IMG/VR virus record: IMGVR_UViG_3300032087_002150
Span: 87,661-151,660 of that record
Origin: a virus
Direction: 5' to 3' (one strand)
Length of the DNA: 64,000 nucleotides
The first letter of the stretch is position 1, and each line of letters begins with the position of its first letter. A model generated the notes under the pieces. It worked only from the letters and a program-made list of their open reading frames with translations, made no database searches and was not told the origin of the DNA. Below are positions 28,523 to 38,300 of this stretch, one piece after another. The position numbers and the translations under genes were made by a program.

Positions 28523-30650
28523 CTCTCACATATAGCGTATAAGTTTCAATCGTCTCCGGAGTATTAGTTAGTGTCGCACCAGTGTATTGCCCAGTGTATT
28601 GAGCAGTATAGTTTCCAGTGAAGTTCGCAGTATAAGTTCTTGATCCAGCAAATCCTCGTATGCCCAAAAATGTTCCTGGTGTGAGGTAGTTAGAGCTTGC
28701 ATAGTTTCTAGATCCACCAAAGGATCTGGTACCACCAAATGTTCGAATACCTGTGAAGTTAGCATTCGCAAAACCAGCAAAGGTGCCAGGGACTGGACTG
28801 GTGAAAGTACCAGATCTCGCACCAGAATAGTTTGCGGGAGTTACACCTAGGAAAGCAGCATTTGATGCAAAGTTTCCTGCCCTCACTCCAGAATAGTTTG
28901 CTGGTGTTACTCCGAGGAAGTTATTATTGCTCGCAAAACTTCCTGGTCTCACACCAGTATAGTTCGCTGGAGTGGTTCCCAAGAAGTTAAAGTTCGCGGC
29001 GAAGTATGCGTTTCTTGTGCCGAGATAAGATGATGTTCTACTGCCAAGATAGTTTCTTACCCCAAGATACCCACGAGGACCGACATAGTTTCTGGTGCCA
29101 GCAAACTGCCAAGTTCTCGATCCAGCGAATAATCGCCAACCGTTAAAGTTCTTCGGTCCTTGGAACCAGCGCAATCCAGTAAAGGGGAGTGGTTCAAAAG
29201 GTTGGAAACGAGTGAATACCCTTGCCCCTTGATAACCGCCAACACCCAAGAACGACTGATAAACGCCAAAGTTTGCTGGCATTGGACCATTGAAGTTTGC
29301 AGATCCACCAAATGTTTGTTGCGCTCCTTCGAAGTAAACGGATCTCGCAAAGTTTGCAGGGGTGGTGACAGAGAAATAAGCACTTCTTGGACCCAAGAAA
29401 CTTCTTGGTCCAACATAATATGTTGGCGTAACACCTCCAAATGCAGCAGATCTCGTACCAGCAAAACTTCTGGGTCCAACGTAATATGTTGGAGTTGTTC
29501 CTAGGAAGTTTGCTGCTCTTGTACCAGCAAAACTTCTTGGTCCAGTATAGTTTGCTGGGGTGGTGCCAAGGAAGTTAAATGCACGGTTTCCTACATAAGA
29601 ACCTGTTCTTACACCAGCATAGTTTGCTGGTCTCGTTCCCGCAAAAACTGCTGGAGAAGTAAAATTGGCAGGACTTGTATAGTTACCAGCATAGTTTCTC
29701 GAACCACCAAATGCTCGCACTCCAGTAAAATTGGCAGGAGAAGTATAAGTGGCAGCGTAGTTCCTAGTACCAGAATATTGAACATTAGAATATCCAGTGT
29801 ACTGACCTGCGTATTGTTGGTCCGCAGTAGTATAACGAGTGTCTACAGCTGTACCACGTGCTTCCCAAGTTCCTGTTCTCGTAGGTGCGCCCTGTGCCGA
29901 TGAGCGTAGTTCGTATGTACCGACTTCTCCATGCCTAAAATATTTTCCTGCTATCTGTCCAAAGGTAAGCGACATCTCTGAATCAGTCATCGCTTCTAAA
30001 CCACCATCATATGACGCTAGAGGATAGGAACCATACTGTGTTCGTTTGACGTGCATCGCATTACATTTAGCAGGAGCAGTAATAGTCTGTCTCTGCCAAA
30101 TACTATACTGAGTTACATTGCCATCTGTAGTTGTATCAGTAAAAACATTAGAAAGAGTGGCAGACCAGTCTCCGCTCGGAGCAGAGGCAGCAAGTCTTTG
30201 CGATCCAGGATATTCATTTGACTGTATAATTGACATGAGCGATTGCCCGATGCCATCCATAGCATCAGAATCCATATCAAATATGTTACCGTCCGACTCA
30301 TAAACAGGACGACGAAACAATCCCGTACTCTGGTCGTCCAGTTTTACTGCTCCGGAAGCACTATCACCCTTTAATTGATAGAGAGTAGTTGTGGTCGATC
30401 CAATAGAAAGTGAAGATCCTGGGTGTGTTCCTACTGCTTCGTTATAGAAAGTGTCAGTGTATGAACCAATGGCAGAATCTCTATGCGCGATTGTAATAGA
30501 TGATTTAATAGCAGTGGGACCAAGAGTCCCTCTTTCAGCAAAGCGCAATCCCGCCTGATACGCGAGATAGTTCTCATTGGTAGAAGTCGCCCTTTGCAAA
30601 TTGCCAGACGCATCTTTTTGAATAATTGGTAATTTGTAAGGTTTCGCCAT
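28515..30650 (-). CDS. fibre-like virion protein with [NF/Y]xGxR repeats (paralog B)
   Basis: About 275-aa N-domain, about 410 aa of aromatic/Gly repeats, C-terminal ETYTLYVRV. Confidence 0.7.
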   Translation of the reverse strand: MAKPYKLPIIQKDASGNLQRATSTNENYLAYQAGLRFAERGTLGPTAIKSSITIAHRDSAIGSYTDTFYNEAVGTHPGSSLSIGSTTTTLYQLKGDSASGAVKLDDQSTGLFRRPVYESDGNIFDMDSDAMDGIGQSLMSIIQSNEYPGSQRLAASAPSGDWSATLSNVFTDTTTDGNVTQYSIWQRQTITAPAKCNAMHVKRTQYGSYPLASYDGGLEAMTDSEMSLTFGQIAGKYFRHGEVGTYELRSSAQGAPTRTGTWEARGTAVDTRYTTADQQYAGQYTGYSNVQYSGTRNYAATYTSPANFTGVRAFGGSRNYAGNYTSPANFTSPAVFAGTRPANYAGVRTGSYVGNRAFNFLGTTPANYTGPRSFAGTRAANFLGTTPTYYVGPRSFAGTRSAAFGGVTPTYYVGPRSFLGPRSAYFSVTTPANFARSVYFEGAQQTFGGSANFNGPMPANFGVYQSFLGVGGYQGARVFTRFQPFEPLPFTGLRWFQGPKNFNGWRLFAGSRTWQFAGTRNYVGPRGYLGVRNYLGSRTSSYLGTRNAYFAANFNFLGTTPANYTGVRPGSFASNNNFLGVTPANYSGVRAGNFASNAAFLGVTPANYSGARSGTFTSPVPGTFAGFANANFTGIRTFGGTRSFGGSRNYASSNYLTPGTFLGIRGFAGSRTYTANFTGNYTAQYTGQYTGATLTNTPETIETYTLYVRVD

Positions 30651-30682
30651 GACTATCTGCTATGCCGATGAATTTATTAATC

Positions 30683-30690
30683 TATTTATA
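30683..30690 (-). promoter_or_regulatory. late promoter TATAAATA
   Basis: Exact consensus upstream of fibre paralog B. Confidence 0.75.
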
Positions 30691-30704
30691 CGTTTAGCAA
30701 CTGC

Positions 30705-31487
30705 TTATGGTTTGCCTTCAAAATGATCCCCAACCTGAATCGCTGTTATTTCAGATAGATTTCTAGTAGCAGTATATGATTTATGATATAAAACTGTATT
30801 TTCTGGCATAGGCACTTCCCTATGCAACAAAGACCAATAGTTCCAACGATAGTTGTCTTCAAAAACACCAATCTTCAAGTCTTTATACTTCTCAACTTTT
30901 TCTGTTAACCACCAAAGAGTAAACTGATCCCAATGCCTTAAATGGTATGGGTAAGTTTCTTTATCATAGTTCCCCTCTTCATCGGTCGGCCACCAATGAC
31001 CTGCTCTTTGCTGCACATAAATGTCATACCATTCTTGCATAAATTCCATGACTAGAGGGTTGCTGCTATCATACAAACAAACGCCACCGCAAAGAGTAAA
31101 CTTACCGCCAGGAAAATCTATGTCTCTAAAGATATGATAACACTCTTCTCTTAAGTCAGTGAATACCATATCATTATCGCCGAGTTCATCAAACACCAAG
31201 GCGATGTCTTCATGCAAACATTCCATATCTGCGTCAATATAGAAAGTTTTATCGAATGGACTTTGAGCCATGCCCCAAAGTTTCGCTCTGTAGTTGTCGT
31301 CGCAGAAAATTATATGATCAGCAATCTTTTCCCGACCATCACAAAACCGTTCTTCGGTTACAAAGCAGACTTTTGCCTCGGGGTGATAGTCCTTTATCTG
31401 CTCTATAAGATTTAATGCCCAAGCATAGTAGACATCTTCTTTAGAGGCAACAATCAAGTATCCGTTATTTTGACTCTGCTGCTTCAT
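30705..31487 (-). CDS. GT-A fold glycosyltransferase (GT8-like)
   Basis: AKLWGMAQSPFDKTFYIDAD (DxD), CGGVCLY, WDQFTLW, RWNY and a C-terminal His. Confidence 0.75.
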   Translation of the reverse strand: MKQQSQNNGYLIVASKEDVYYAWALNLIEQIKDYHPEAKVCFVTEERFCDGREKIADHIIFCDDNYRAKLWGMAQSPFDKTFYIDADMECLHEDIALVFDELGDNDMVFTDLREECYHIFRDIDFPGGKFTLCGGVCLYDSSNPLVMEFMQEWYDIYVQQRAGHWWPTDEEGNYDKETYPYHLRHWDQFTLWWLTEKVEKYKDLKIGVFEDNYRWNYWSLLHREVPMPENTVLYHKSYTATRNLSEITAIQVGDHFEGKP

Positions 31488-31944
31488 TAGTTACAAATCC
31501 AATACCAAGTTCTTCCATCATGATTAGTTGAGCGTACAAGTTGAGTTCTACAAGATTCTTAGAACGTCGCAGTTTGCTCTTTAAAGTTTTATTGGAAGTG
31601 TTTTTGATTTGATCGATTTCTAGGATTTTGATCTTGGCGTCAAACAGTTTTTCTAACTCTCTCGCCTGCTCTTCTGCCTTCTTCCTTTGCTCGTCGATTT
31701 CCTTTTCTTTGGATTTGCGTTCTTGACGTTCTTTGGTGTTCTCGTCAATTTTTTCCTCACCAATCTGTTCTAACAATTCGGTGAAGTCGGGATTTAAATC
31801 CCCATTAATGTCAAACTTCCGGACAGTAACGACTTGAGAGATTTCTCTGTTATTTTCGTCAGTAATTAAAAGAATGGCTTCTGCCATTTCTTTTTCTTCA
31901 TTGTGCCAAAAGGCATTGTCCATCCACTTTCTGGTCGCCATCAT
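31465..31944 (-). CDS. hypothetical protein with charged coiled coil
   Basis: ORF overlapping the glycosyltransferase start, GGAG SD. Confidence 0.6.
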   Translation of the reverse strand: MMATRKWMDNAFWHNEEKEMAEAILLITDENNREISQVVTVRKFDINGDLNPDFTELLEQIGEEKIDENTKERQERKSKEKEIDEQRKKAEEQARELEKLFDAKIKILEIDQIKNTSNKTLKSKLRRSKNLVELNLYAQLIMMEELGIGFVTNEAAESK

Positions 31945-31967
31945 AAACTCCTATGATATAAAATAAT

Positions 31968-33920
31968 TTAAGTTGCTGACACCCTTGTATATAGTGTATA
32001 TGTTTCCACATCTACTGGCACTGCCACCAGAGTTTCGCCAGCATATTGATTACCAAACTGTCTCGTATAGTATCTAGTGTATTGTCCAGTGTACTGCCCT
32101 GCATAATAACCAGTGTATGTTGCTGATCTTGTTCCGGTGAAGTTGATACTAGAAGGACCCAAGTACTGATCAGCATAGTTTCGGTTGCCAGTATAGTTTG
32201 CTGCGAAGTTTCTGACTCCTAAGAAGTTAACAGGTGCACTTGTATATTGTCCTGCATAGTTTCTTGAACCAGCAAACTGCCTAGTGCCAGCAAACTGTCT
32301 AGTTCCTGGGAAGTTTGCTGCTCTAGTTCCTAAGAAAGCACGAACCCCAGAATATGCAATATAGTTAGTGGATGCGAAATAATTATTTCCTAGGAAGTTA
32401 GCAGGTGTTGCTCTGACTCCAGAATAAGTTGGGAATCCAGTAAAAGTTGCAGGAGCAGGTCCCAAGAAATTCGTAACAGGTCCAGAGAAGTTTTCAGATA
32501 CCGCAACAAAGTTATTCGTTGGTCCTGGTCTCACCCCTGAAAAGAAATTCGGAAAACCTGCTTCAAAAGGTGCGGTGTTGCCTAATCTTTGACCAGTGTA
32601 AAATGCTGGTCCAACAAAGGTGCCAGGAGTAGGCGCACCAAAGGTTGTATAACTGCGTATTCCAGAATAAGAGCGAGTTCCTGCGAAGTTTGCTTGCCTA
32701 ACACCCACATAGGATGATGCAATATTAGCAGTGAAGGTTCCTGGAGCAGGTCTAGTTCCTAGGAAGTTTCTAGAACCAAGGTAAGAGGATGTTCCGAAAG
32801 CAGTAAAGGTCATTGGAACATAATCTGTTGCTGGTCTCACGCCCAAGAAGTTAGTCAAGGCAGAAGTAAACTGTGTTGTGGCGCTTGTGTATTGCCCAGC
32901 ATAGTTCCTTGACCCCGCAAACTGACGAGTTCCCGCAAAGTTTACAGGATTTGCTCTAACGCCAGCAAAGGATTCAGATTTAGTTCGTGATCCACTAAAA
33001 AGAACTTGCCTTACACCGAGGAAAGTTGCGGGAGGATTTTCATACCTTAATCTTGTGTATTGCCCAGTGTACTGTCCACTGTACTGAGTAGCGAACTGTC
33101 CAGTATACTGAGTTCCAGCATATTGCAGAATCTGTGTGGTGTTCTTTGTATCAACAGCAGTTCCTCTTGCTTCCCAAGTTCCGGAAGCAGTTGGAGCACC
33201 TTGCGCTGAAGAGCGCAGTTCGTATTCACCAACTCCGTTCGTATAGTACCCATAACGAATCATACCGTTACCGATTTCACCAACTTCTGATGCCGACAAC
33301 TCCTGAAAATCAAAATCGTTTATTCGTTTAATTGGATAATATACTTCTGAGTCAACATTGATTGTGAATTTGCGCCAAATATGATAATCAGTTGTCCCGT
33401 CAGTTTTAGTATCACTGAAGCAAGTATCAATCCATTTTTCGTATTCTGCTGATGGTTGAGTAGAGGACAACCTGAAAGTTCCAACTCTTTCTTCAGAATG
33501 GACAATTTCGTTTACTCTGAGAGCAAGAAGTTCATAACTCGCAGAATCCATAGGGTGTAATCCACCGTCTGAATCTACAACAATCATGTTCTCAACTACG
33601 CCATCAAATGGCACCTCATAAACTGAGTCCAACATCTGATACAATGTTGTAGTGGTAGTTGATGGTGCGGAAATGGACGTTCCTGGGTGCGTTCCGATTG
33701 GATCAGTGTAGAACGTATCGGTAAAAGTACCAATAGCAGAATCTTCAGCAGTATTCGTTAAGGTAATAGCACCGGAATATCGTTTACCTACTGAATCGAA
33801 TGCACCGACAAGTGCAAGACCACCTTCGTTGGCGAAGAGTTCTTCTTCCAACAAGGTCATTTGTTTAAGATCGCCGCTTGAGTTTAGGATCTTTATCGGT
33901 ATGCTATTCCAAGCAGACAT
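31968..33920 (-). CDS. fibre-like virion protein with [NF/Y]xGxR repeats (paralog A)
   Basis: Shares FTDTFY..GTHPG, YELRSSAQGAPT..GTWEARGTAVDT and ETYTLYxRV with 28515..30650. Confidence 0.7.
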   Translation of the reverse strand: MSAWNSIPIKILNSSGDLKQMTLLEEELFANEGGLALVGAFDSVGKRYSGAITLTNTAEDSAIGTFTDTFYTDPIGTHPGTSISAPSTTTTTLYQMLDSVYEVPFDGVVENMIVVDSDGGLHPMDSASYELLALRVNEIVHSEERVGTFRLSSTQPSAEYEKWIDTCFSDTKTDGTTDYHIWRKFTINVDSEVYYPIKRINDFDFQELSASEVGEIGNGMIRYGYYTNGVGEYELRSSAQGAPTASGTWEARGTAVDTKNTTQILQYAGTQYTGQFATQYSGQYTGQYTRLRYENPPATFLGVRQVLFSGSRTKSESFAGVRANPVNFAGTRQFAGSRNYAGQYTSATTQFTSALTNFLGVRPATDYVPMTFTAFGTSSYLGSRNFLGTRPAPGTFTANIASSYVGVRQANFAGTRSYSGIRSYTTFGAPTPGTFVGPAFYTGQRLGNTAPFEAGFPNFFSGVRPGPTNNFVAVSENFSGPVTNFLGPAPATFTGFPTYSGVRATPANFLGNNYFASTNYIAYSGVRAFLGTRAANFPGTRQFAGTRQFAGSRNYAGQYTSAPVNFLGVRNFAANYTGNRNYADQYLGPSSINFTGTRSATYTGYYAGQYTGQYTRYYTRQFGNQYAGETLVAVPVDVETYTLYTRVSAT

Positions 33921-33937
33921 ACTGTATTATCCTTTCT

Positions 33938-35092
33938 TTAAGCGTTCAACAATGTGCCATTGCGATCATAAACGTTCGGGACTCTGGCGTTGACTTCGGC
34001 AAGTGCTCCGTGGACAGTTTTAGCAGTTGTATGCGGAGTGGCATCACCAGAGGCAGGCATTTCTATTGCTCGAGAGAAAACGATATCTGCGCTGTCAGTT
34101 CTCCACACTTCCTGTGAAGCAGAATAAAGTCCAGTGTAGAAAATTATGTCGCCGGAATTATTAACAATACTGGCAAACTCAGAACCTTCTACAGAATCAG
34201 TTTGAAAGTGAATATGCCCATTACCAGAAGCAAGGCGCACATCCGAGTCAGCATCAAGAGTAACACCACCAACAGCGGTAGTAATCATGAGAGTGCGAGC
34301 AACTTCCATTCGAGTTTCTGCTGGCGCGAGGTTCCAACTGATAACCTGATCGCTGTCTCTATAGAAGTAAATATTACCGTCATAGGTGTCTAGTGTCATA
34401 TCGCCTGTAACATCAATATGGTATCCACCAGTTACTTCTAGTTTATTATCTGGACCAAAGGTGTACTCGTATCTTGTATTGCTACCTCGCATGAAGGTAA
34501 TACCAGAAGCAGAATCTGCTACTTGCAGAGTCAACTGACCATCAGTTGAAATGGTGTAGTCGCCAGTTACAGAATCTATGTTACTGGTTCCCATCGTACG
34601 ATTGAATCGAGTGACGCCGCCATCTTTATGGACGATGACCCCACCATCAGCATCTAAGGTAATGTTATTTTGAACATCGAATGAAAGATCGCCTGTTACT
34701 GTGTGCGTTTCATCGCCAACAGTGATTACGGCGAGAGCGGAGTCAGTGGTAATCTTACCTGCGTTAGCATCAAATACTGCTTCGATTTCATTAATGGCGT
34801 CAACAATCACCTTCGCTTCGGTGTCCAAGTCAGCACCACTACCGCCACCAGCACCGTGCAAGTCGCTGTCAAGTTCGTTGAGAGCGTCTACAAGGGTGTT
34901 CGCGGTAAAGTCGGTCAAACCCCTTACCTTACCCAAATTGCCTGATGTTTCTGGTCCAATAGCGGAATCCAGATACTTCATATCTGAGTCAACAATATCA
35001 CCGAAATGATTAAGGTCAGTGATTAGTTGTTGAAAGGTATCCGTCGTCTGAAATAGAGGATGGTCGCTGTCATGAAACATGTTATTCGACAT
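33938..35092 (-). CDS. fibre/whisker-like structural protein
   Basis: N-terminal TDTFQQL..DLN, repeated TAxTLVxAxNE segments, and beta-helix-like repeats. Confidence 0.6.
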   Translation of the reverse strand: MSNNMFHDSDHPLFQTTDTFQQLITDLNHFGDIVDSDMKYLDSAIGPETSGNLGKVRGLTDFTANTLVDALNELDSDLHGAGGGSGADLDTEAKVIVDAINEIEAVFDANAGKITTDSALAVITVGDETHTVTGDLSFDVQNNITLDADGGVIVHKDGGVTRFNRTMGTSNIDSVTGDYTISTDGQLTLQVADSASGITFMRGSNTRYEYTFGPDNKLEVTGGYHIDVTGDMTLDTYDGNIYFYRDSDQVISWNLAPAETRMEVARTLMITTAVGGVTLDADSDVRLASGNGHIHFQTDSVEGSEFASIVNNSGDIIFYTGLYSASQEVWRTDSADIVFSRAIEMPASGDATPHTTAKTVHGALAEVNARVPNVYDRNGTLLNA

Positions 35093-35093
35093 T

Positions 35094-35324
35094 TTAGTGC
35101 TTCTCTATCATTGTTTTTATTAGGTCTTTAAGTTCCGAGAACTCTTTTTTTAAATCAGCGATATCTTCTTGCATCGCTTTTTCTTTTTCCCTTTTGGCGA
35201 TTACACGTTTTTTCATTTCGCGTGCACGCTGTATTTCTTCCTTGTTTGTATTTAGTATTGCGCCAGTAGAGAGGTCTTTAACTAGACTAGAATGACCCTC
35301 AACATGCCTAAGTTCTTTTTTCAT
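35094..35324 (-). CDS. conserved small hypothetical protein
   Basis: VEGHSSLVKDLSTGAILN plus a coiled coil. This type of gene typically follows the DUF4815 gene. Confidence 0.7.
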   Translation of the reverse strand: MKKELRHVEGHSSLVKDLSTGAILNTNKEEIQRAREMKKRVIAKREKEKAMQEDIADLKKEFSELKDLIKTMIEKH

Positions 35325-38300
35325 CAGATCAAAGCAATCGCTTTAATGTCTCGAATGATCGGAACTTGACAACTATTCCTGGTTCTCAACACTATTTTTA
35401 TTTGGAACTGACGGAAGTCAGGAAGGTTGCCATCAATCCCGCCTAGAAGATACCTATACTCGCTATATGTAATCTCTCCAGGACCCTGAACATACAGGTT
35501 CTTAGGAGGATCATTATCTGGGACGACTCGCTCCCAGTCTACAGTATAGATATCCTGATCATCGCCAGTAGTTGTTCGATAATATAAATCGAAATCTGCT
35601 TCTGGCGGTACGTGCAACTTAGCAATAATTCGCAAACCATTTCCTGCCTCAGGGAGGATAATTGGTTTTGTAATATGCTTGGATGGAGTAGTACCAGACA
35701 ACGGATGAGTTTCAGGCAGGAAGTCTTGTGGAGCATTCCTTACGGTATCAGCACCATCAGAATCCCATGCTTGGTTGTCAACGATGTAGTTAAGCATGTT
35801 TGCTCCGACACCTTGAATATCAATCATCGGAGTCAAATCAGAAACGTAACCAGACGCTTTCACAGATTGCGCTCTAGGACCGCCAAAGTTGGAAACCTGA
35901 GATGTTTGTAACTTAGTGGTAACAACGATTGAAGGTTCTCCATTCAACGCTGTTGGACTCAAAGTTTGATCACTATTAGCGAGGTAACGAGGTGTGTCAA
36001 AGTATATTGTCTCAAATGGAGTCAATGTAAACATTCCATTACCATTTGTTCCTGGGGTTGACGTATCGTCGATATCAAATCTGGTGTCTTGGGTTGGTGT
36101 AGAAAGTCCAACCTTACCATGCGAGAATCCGCTAACGAAACTTGCTTGATACTGAATACTGGTTCCTGTGAATTCTACATCAGAAACATTCCAAGTAAAC
36201 CTGTCGATATTACAAGCGGAAAGACTGCTTACTGAATCTGCGCCAAACTTACCAGTCGAAGTAAAGGTTGATCCGTCATTAATGGCAACATAATAACCAT
36301 TAACATCAGGATCCACAACCACGTTGGCACTGTCCATAATTGAACCGCCAGTAACACCGTTGTAATCAGTTCCTGATCCTAATCCTCGGATAATAACCTT
36401 ATCGCCGTCTAGCAAGTTGTGGTACTTGTGCTCAACACGGAAACGAGTTAGGTCGTCCGAATCAACAGATAAACTTGTTGCATAATTGTGGTTAACTCTA
36501 AAATCTGGTTGATTGTAGAAATTAACAAATCCTTGCTTCTTGAACTTCGCAGTATAGATACGGAATGCCAAATCTTGATTCTGTTTTGGAGTCCAAGTAG
36601 AACCGTTCTGAGACAAGAAGAGAGAACCAGTTGCAGGTTGCTTAGAAACACGCTTATCAGTTCTACCGATTACCAGATCATATGTTGTTGCTACAAATGC
36701 CTCGTATCCATCACAGTCTGACAATAGAACCAGAGCGTATTCTTTACCCGCCTGAATATAAATTGGTTCTTCAAACTCAAAAGTTACTGGGTTCGCTAGA
36801 ATATTATCCAGAGTAGTTTCGTCAGGATCGGTCACATTAGGAATCGCAGCAACCACATCACGCACTTCTTTAGCGGTCTTATAAACACAGTGCTGCTCGC
36901 TTATAGGCGCACGGTTCGGAGTTCCGTTTGTCACATCTCTTATCTGTAACTGTAGTTGAACTTGAGGTTCACTAGCAGCAGGTGCTCTCCGCATAAACAC
37001 ATCAATCTTGGTGATGAATGCTCCGCTAGTCATGGATGAAGCGACTAGCGAGAAAGTCTGCGCCAATGGATCATATGGAACCCAAACAACTTCGCTTTCT
37101 GTCGAGATCGTTTCGCTTTCTAACGTCTCTGCCACTCGATCAATATAATCCTCAGTTCTAACAACGCGAGTGCTTACAATATCTCTCCTTCTGGTGATTG
37201 CACGACCAGCAGCGCGATATCTTGTTTTCGCTCTAGAAAGTGCGTCGCTACTTACGCCAGAAGAAACGTCCAAAAGTTTTACTTCGCGCGAACCAACTCT
37301 AAACTTCCATCCGGCATAGTCATAAACAGCAGGATCTCCTGCGCCGAAACGAGCAACACCTTCTTTAACTTTCTTCAACCAAGTTTCAAGTTCTTCTTCG
37401 TAAGGGAACACTTCAGATTCAGGAACAGGGATGACTGCTGTATTCGGGATGAACAAATCAAAATACAGATTACCGAATTGGTCTGAAATAAGAACGTTTT
37501 CGTTTGAAACATTGAGAGAATTAGGATGCTTCTTCATCCAAGTAGCAACAGGCGCATATTGTTTATTTTGTGCACCTGCGTCCAGCAATGTGGTGTAAGA
37601 ACCTTCGTCCCGACTCAATACCCACTGATCCATCCTAACTCCGTCGAAGTACAACCAGAAACGTGTATCTGGGCGCAGACCTTCTGCTTTACCGAGCACT
37701 CGTCGAGCTCGGATAAATGGAACAGTACTTACATCTATGATCTTATCTTCGTCGAAAGTTTCAATTTGATCGCTTACTACGCGAGTGCGAACACGCTCAG
37801 TAATTCTTTGAGTAACTCGGCGAGTGGTTGTCGTTCTTTCGATTTCTCGCTCGACACGACCTGCCTCATTAATTCTACGTCCACCCAAATCTCTAGTTGT
37901 GGTTCTTGTAGAAACAAAGGTAGCAGTCCAAGTTCTAGGAACATATGCAGATAGATCATTCAACTTAATGTAAATGGTTTCGTTGGTAATATTTCTATCA
38001 GGCAAGCGATGATTGTCTACCCAGAAATCAGCGGAAGGTCTTAGTTTCAGATTACCTTCACCAGCAAATACGTTAAATGGGTTGACATTATAGTACCCAC
38101 GTTCTTCGTATGAGTATGGGGTCATCCATGAAATTACTTCTTGACTTAGAGCGGAATCAAGAACTTCTTGATAGTCCAGCATCAACATATCGCCCTTTCG
38201 GACAATGTTGCTCAAAGAAGGAATAGTAGTTGTGCCTCTTGCTCCGGATACCGAGTCGCCTGAATCGTAGATAAAGTCGTTCCAGAACTTAGTATGCTTC

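Noticed and set aside
24108-33920. Repeats considered as a CRISPR array or DGR template/variable repeats
   Set aside because: The repeats are in-frame, degenerate protein-level repeats. There is no constant repeat-spacer structure, no adenine-specific divergent pair was noticed, and there is no reverse transcriptase in the window.
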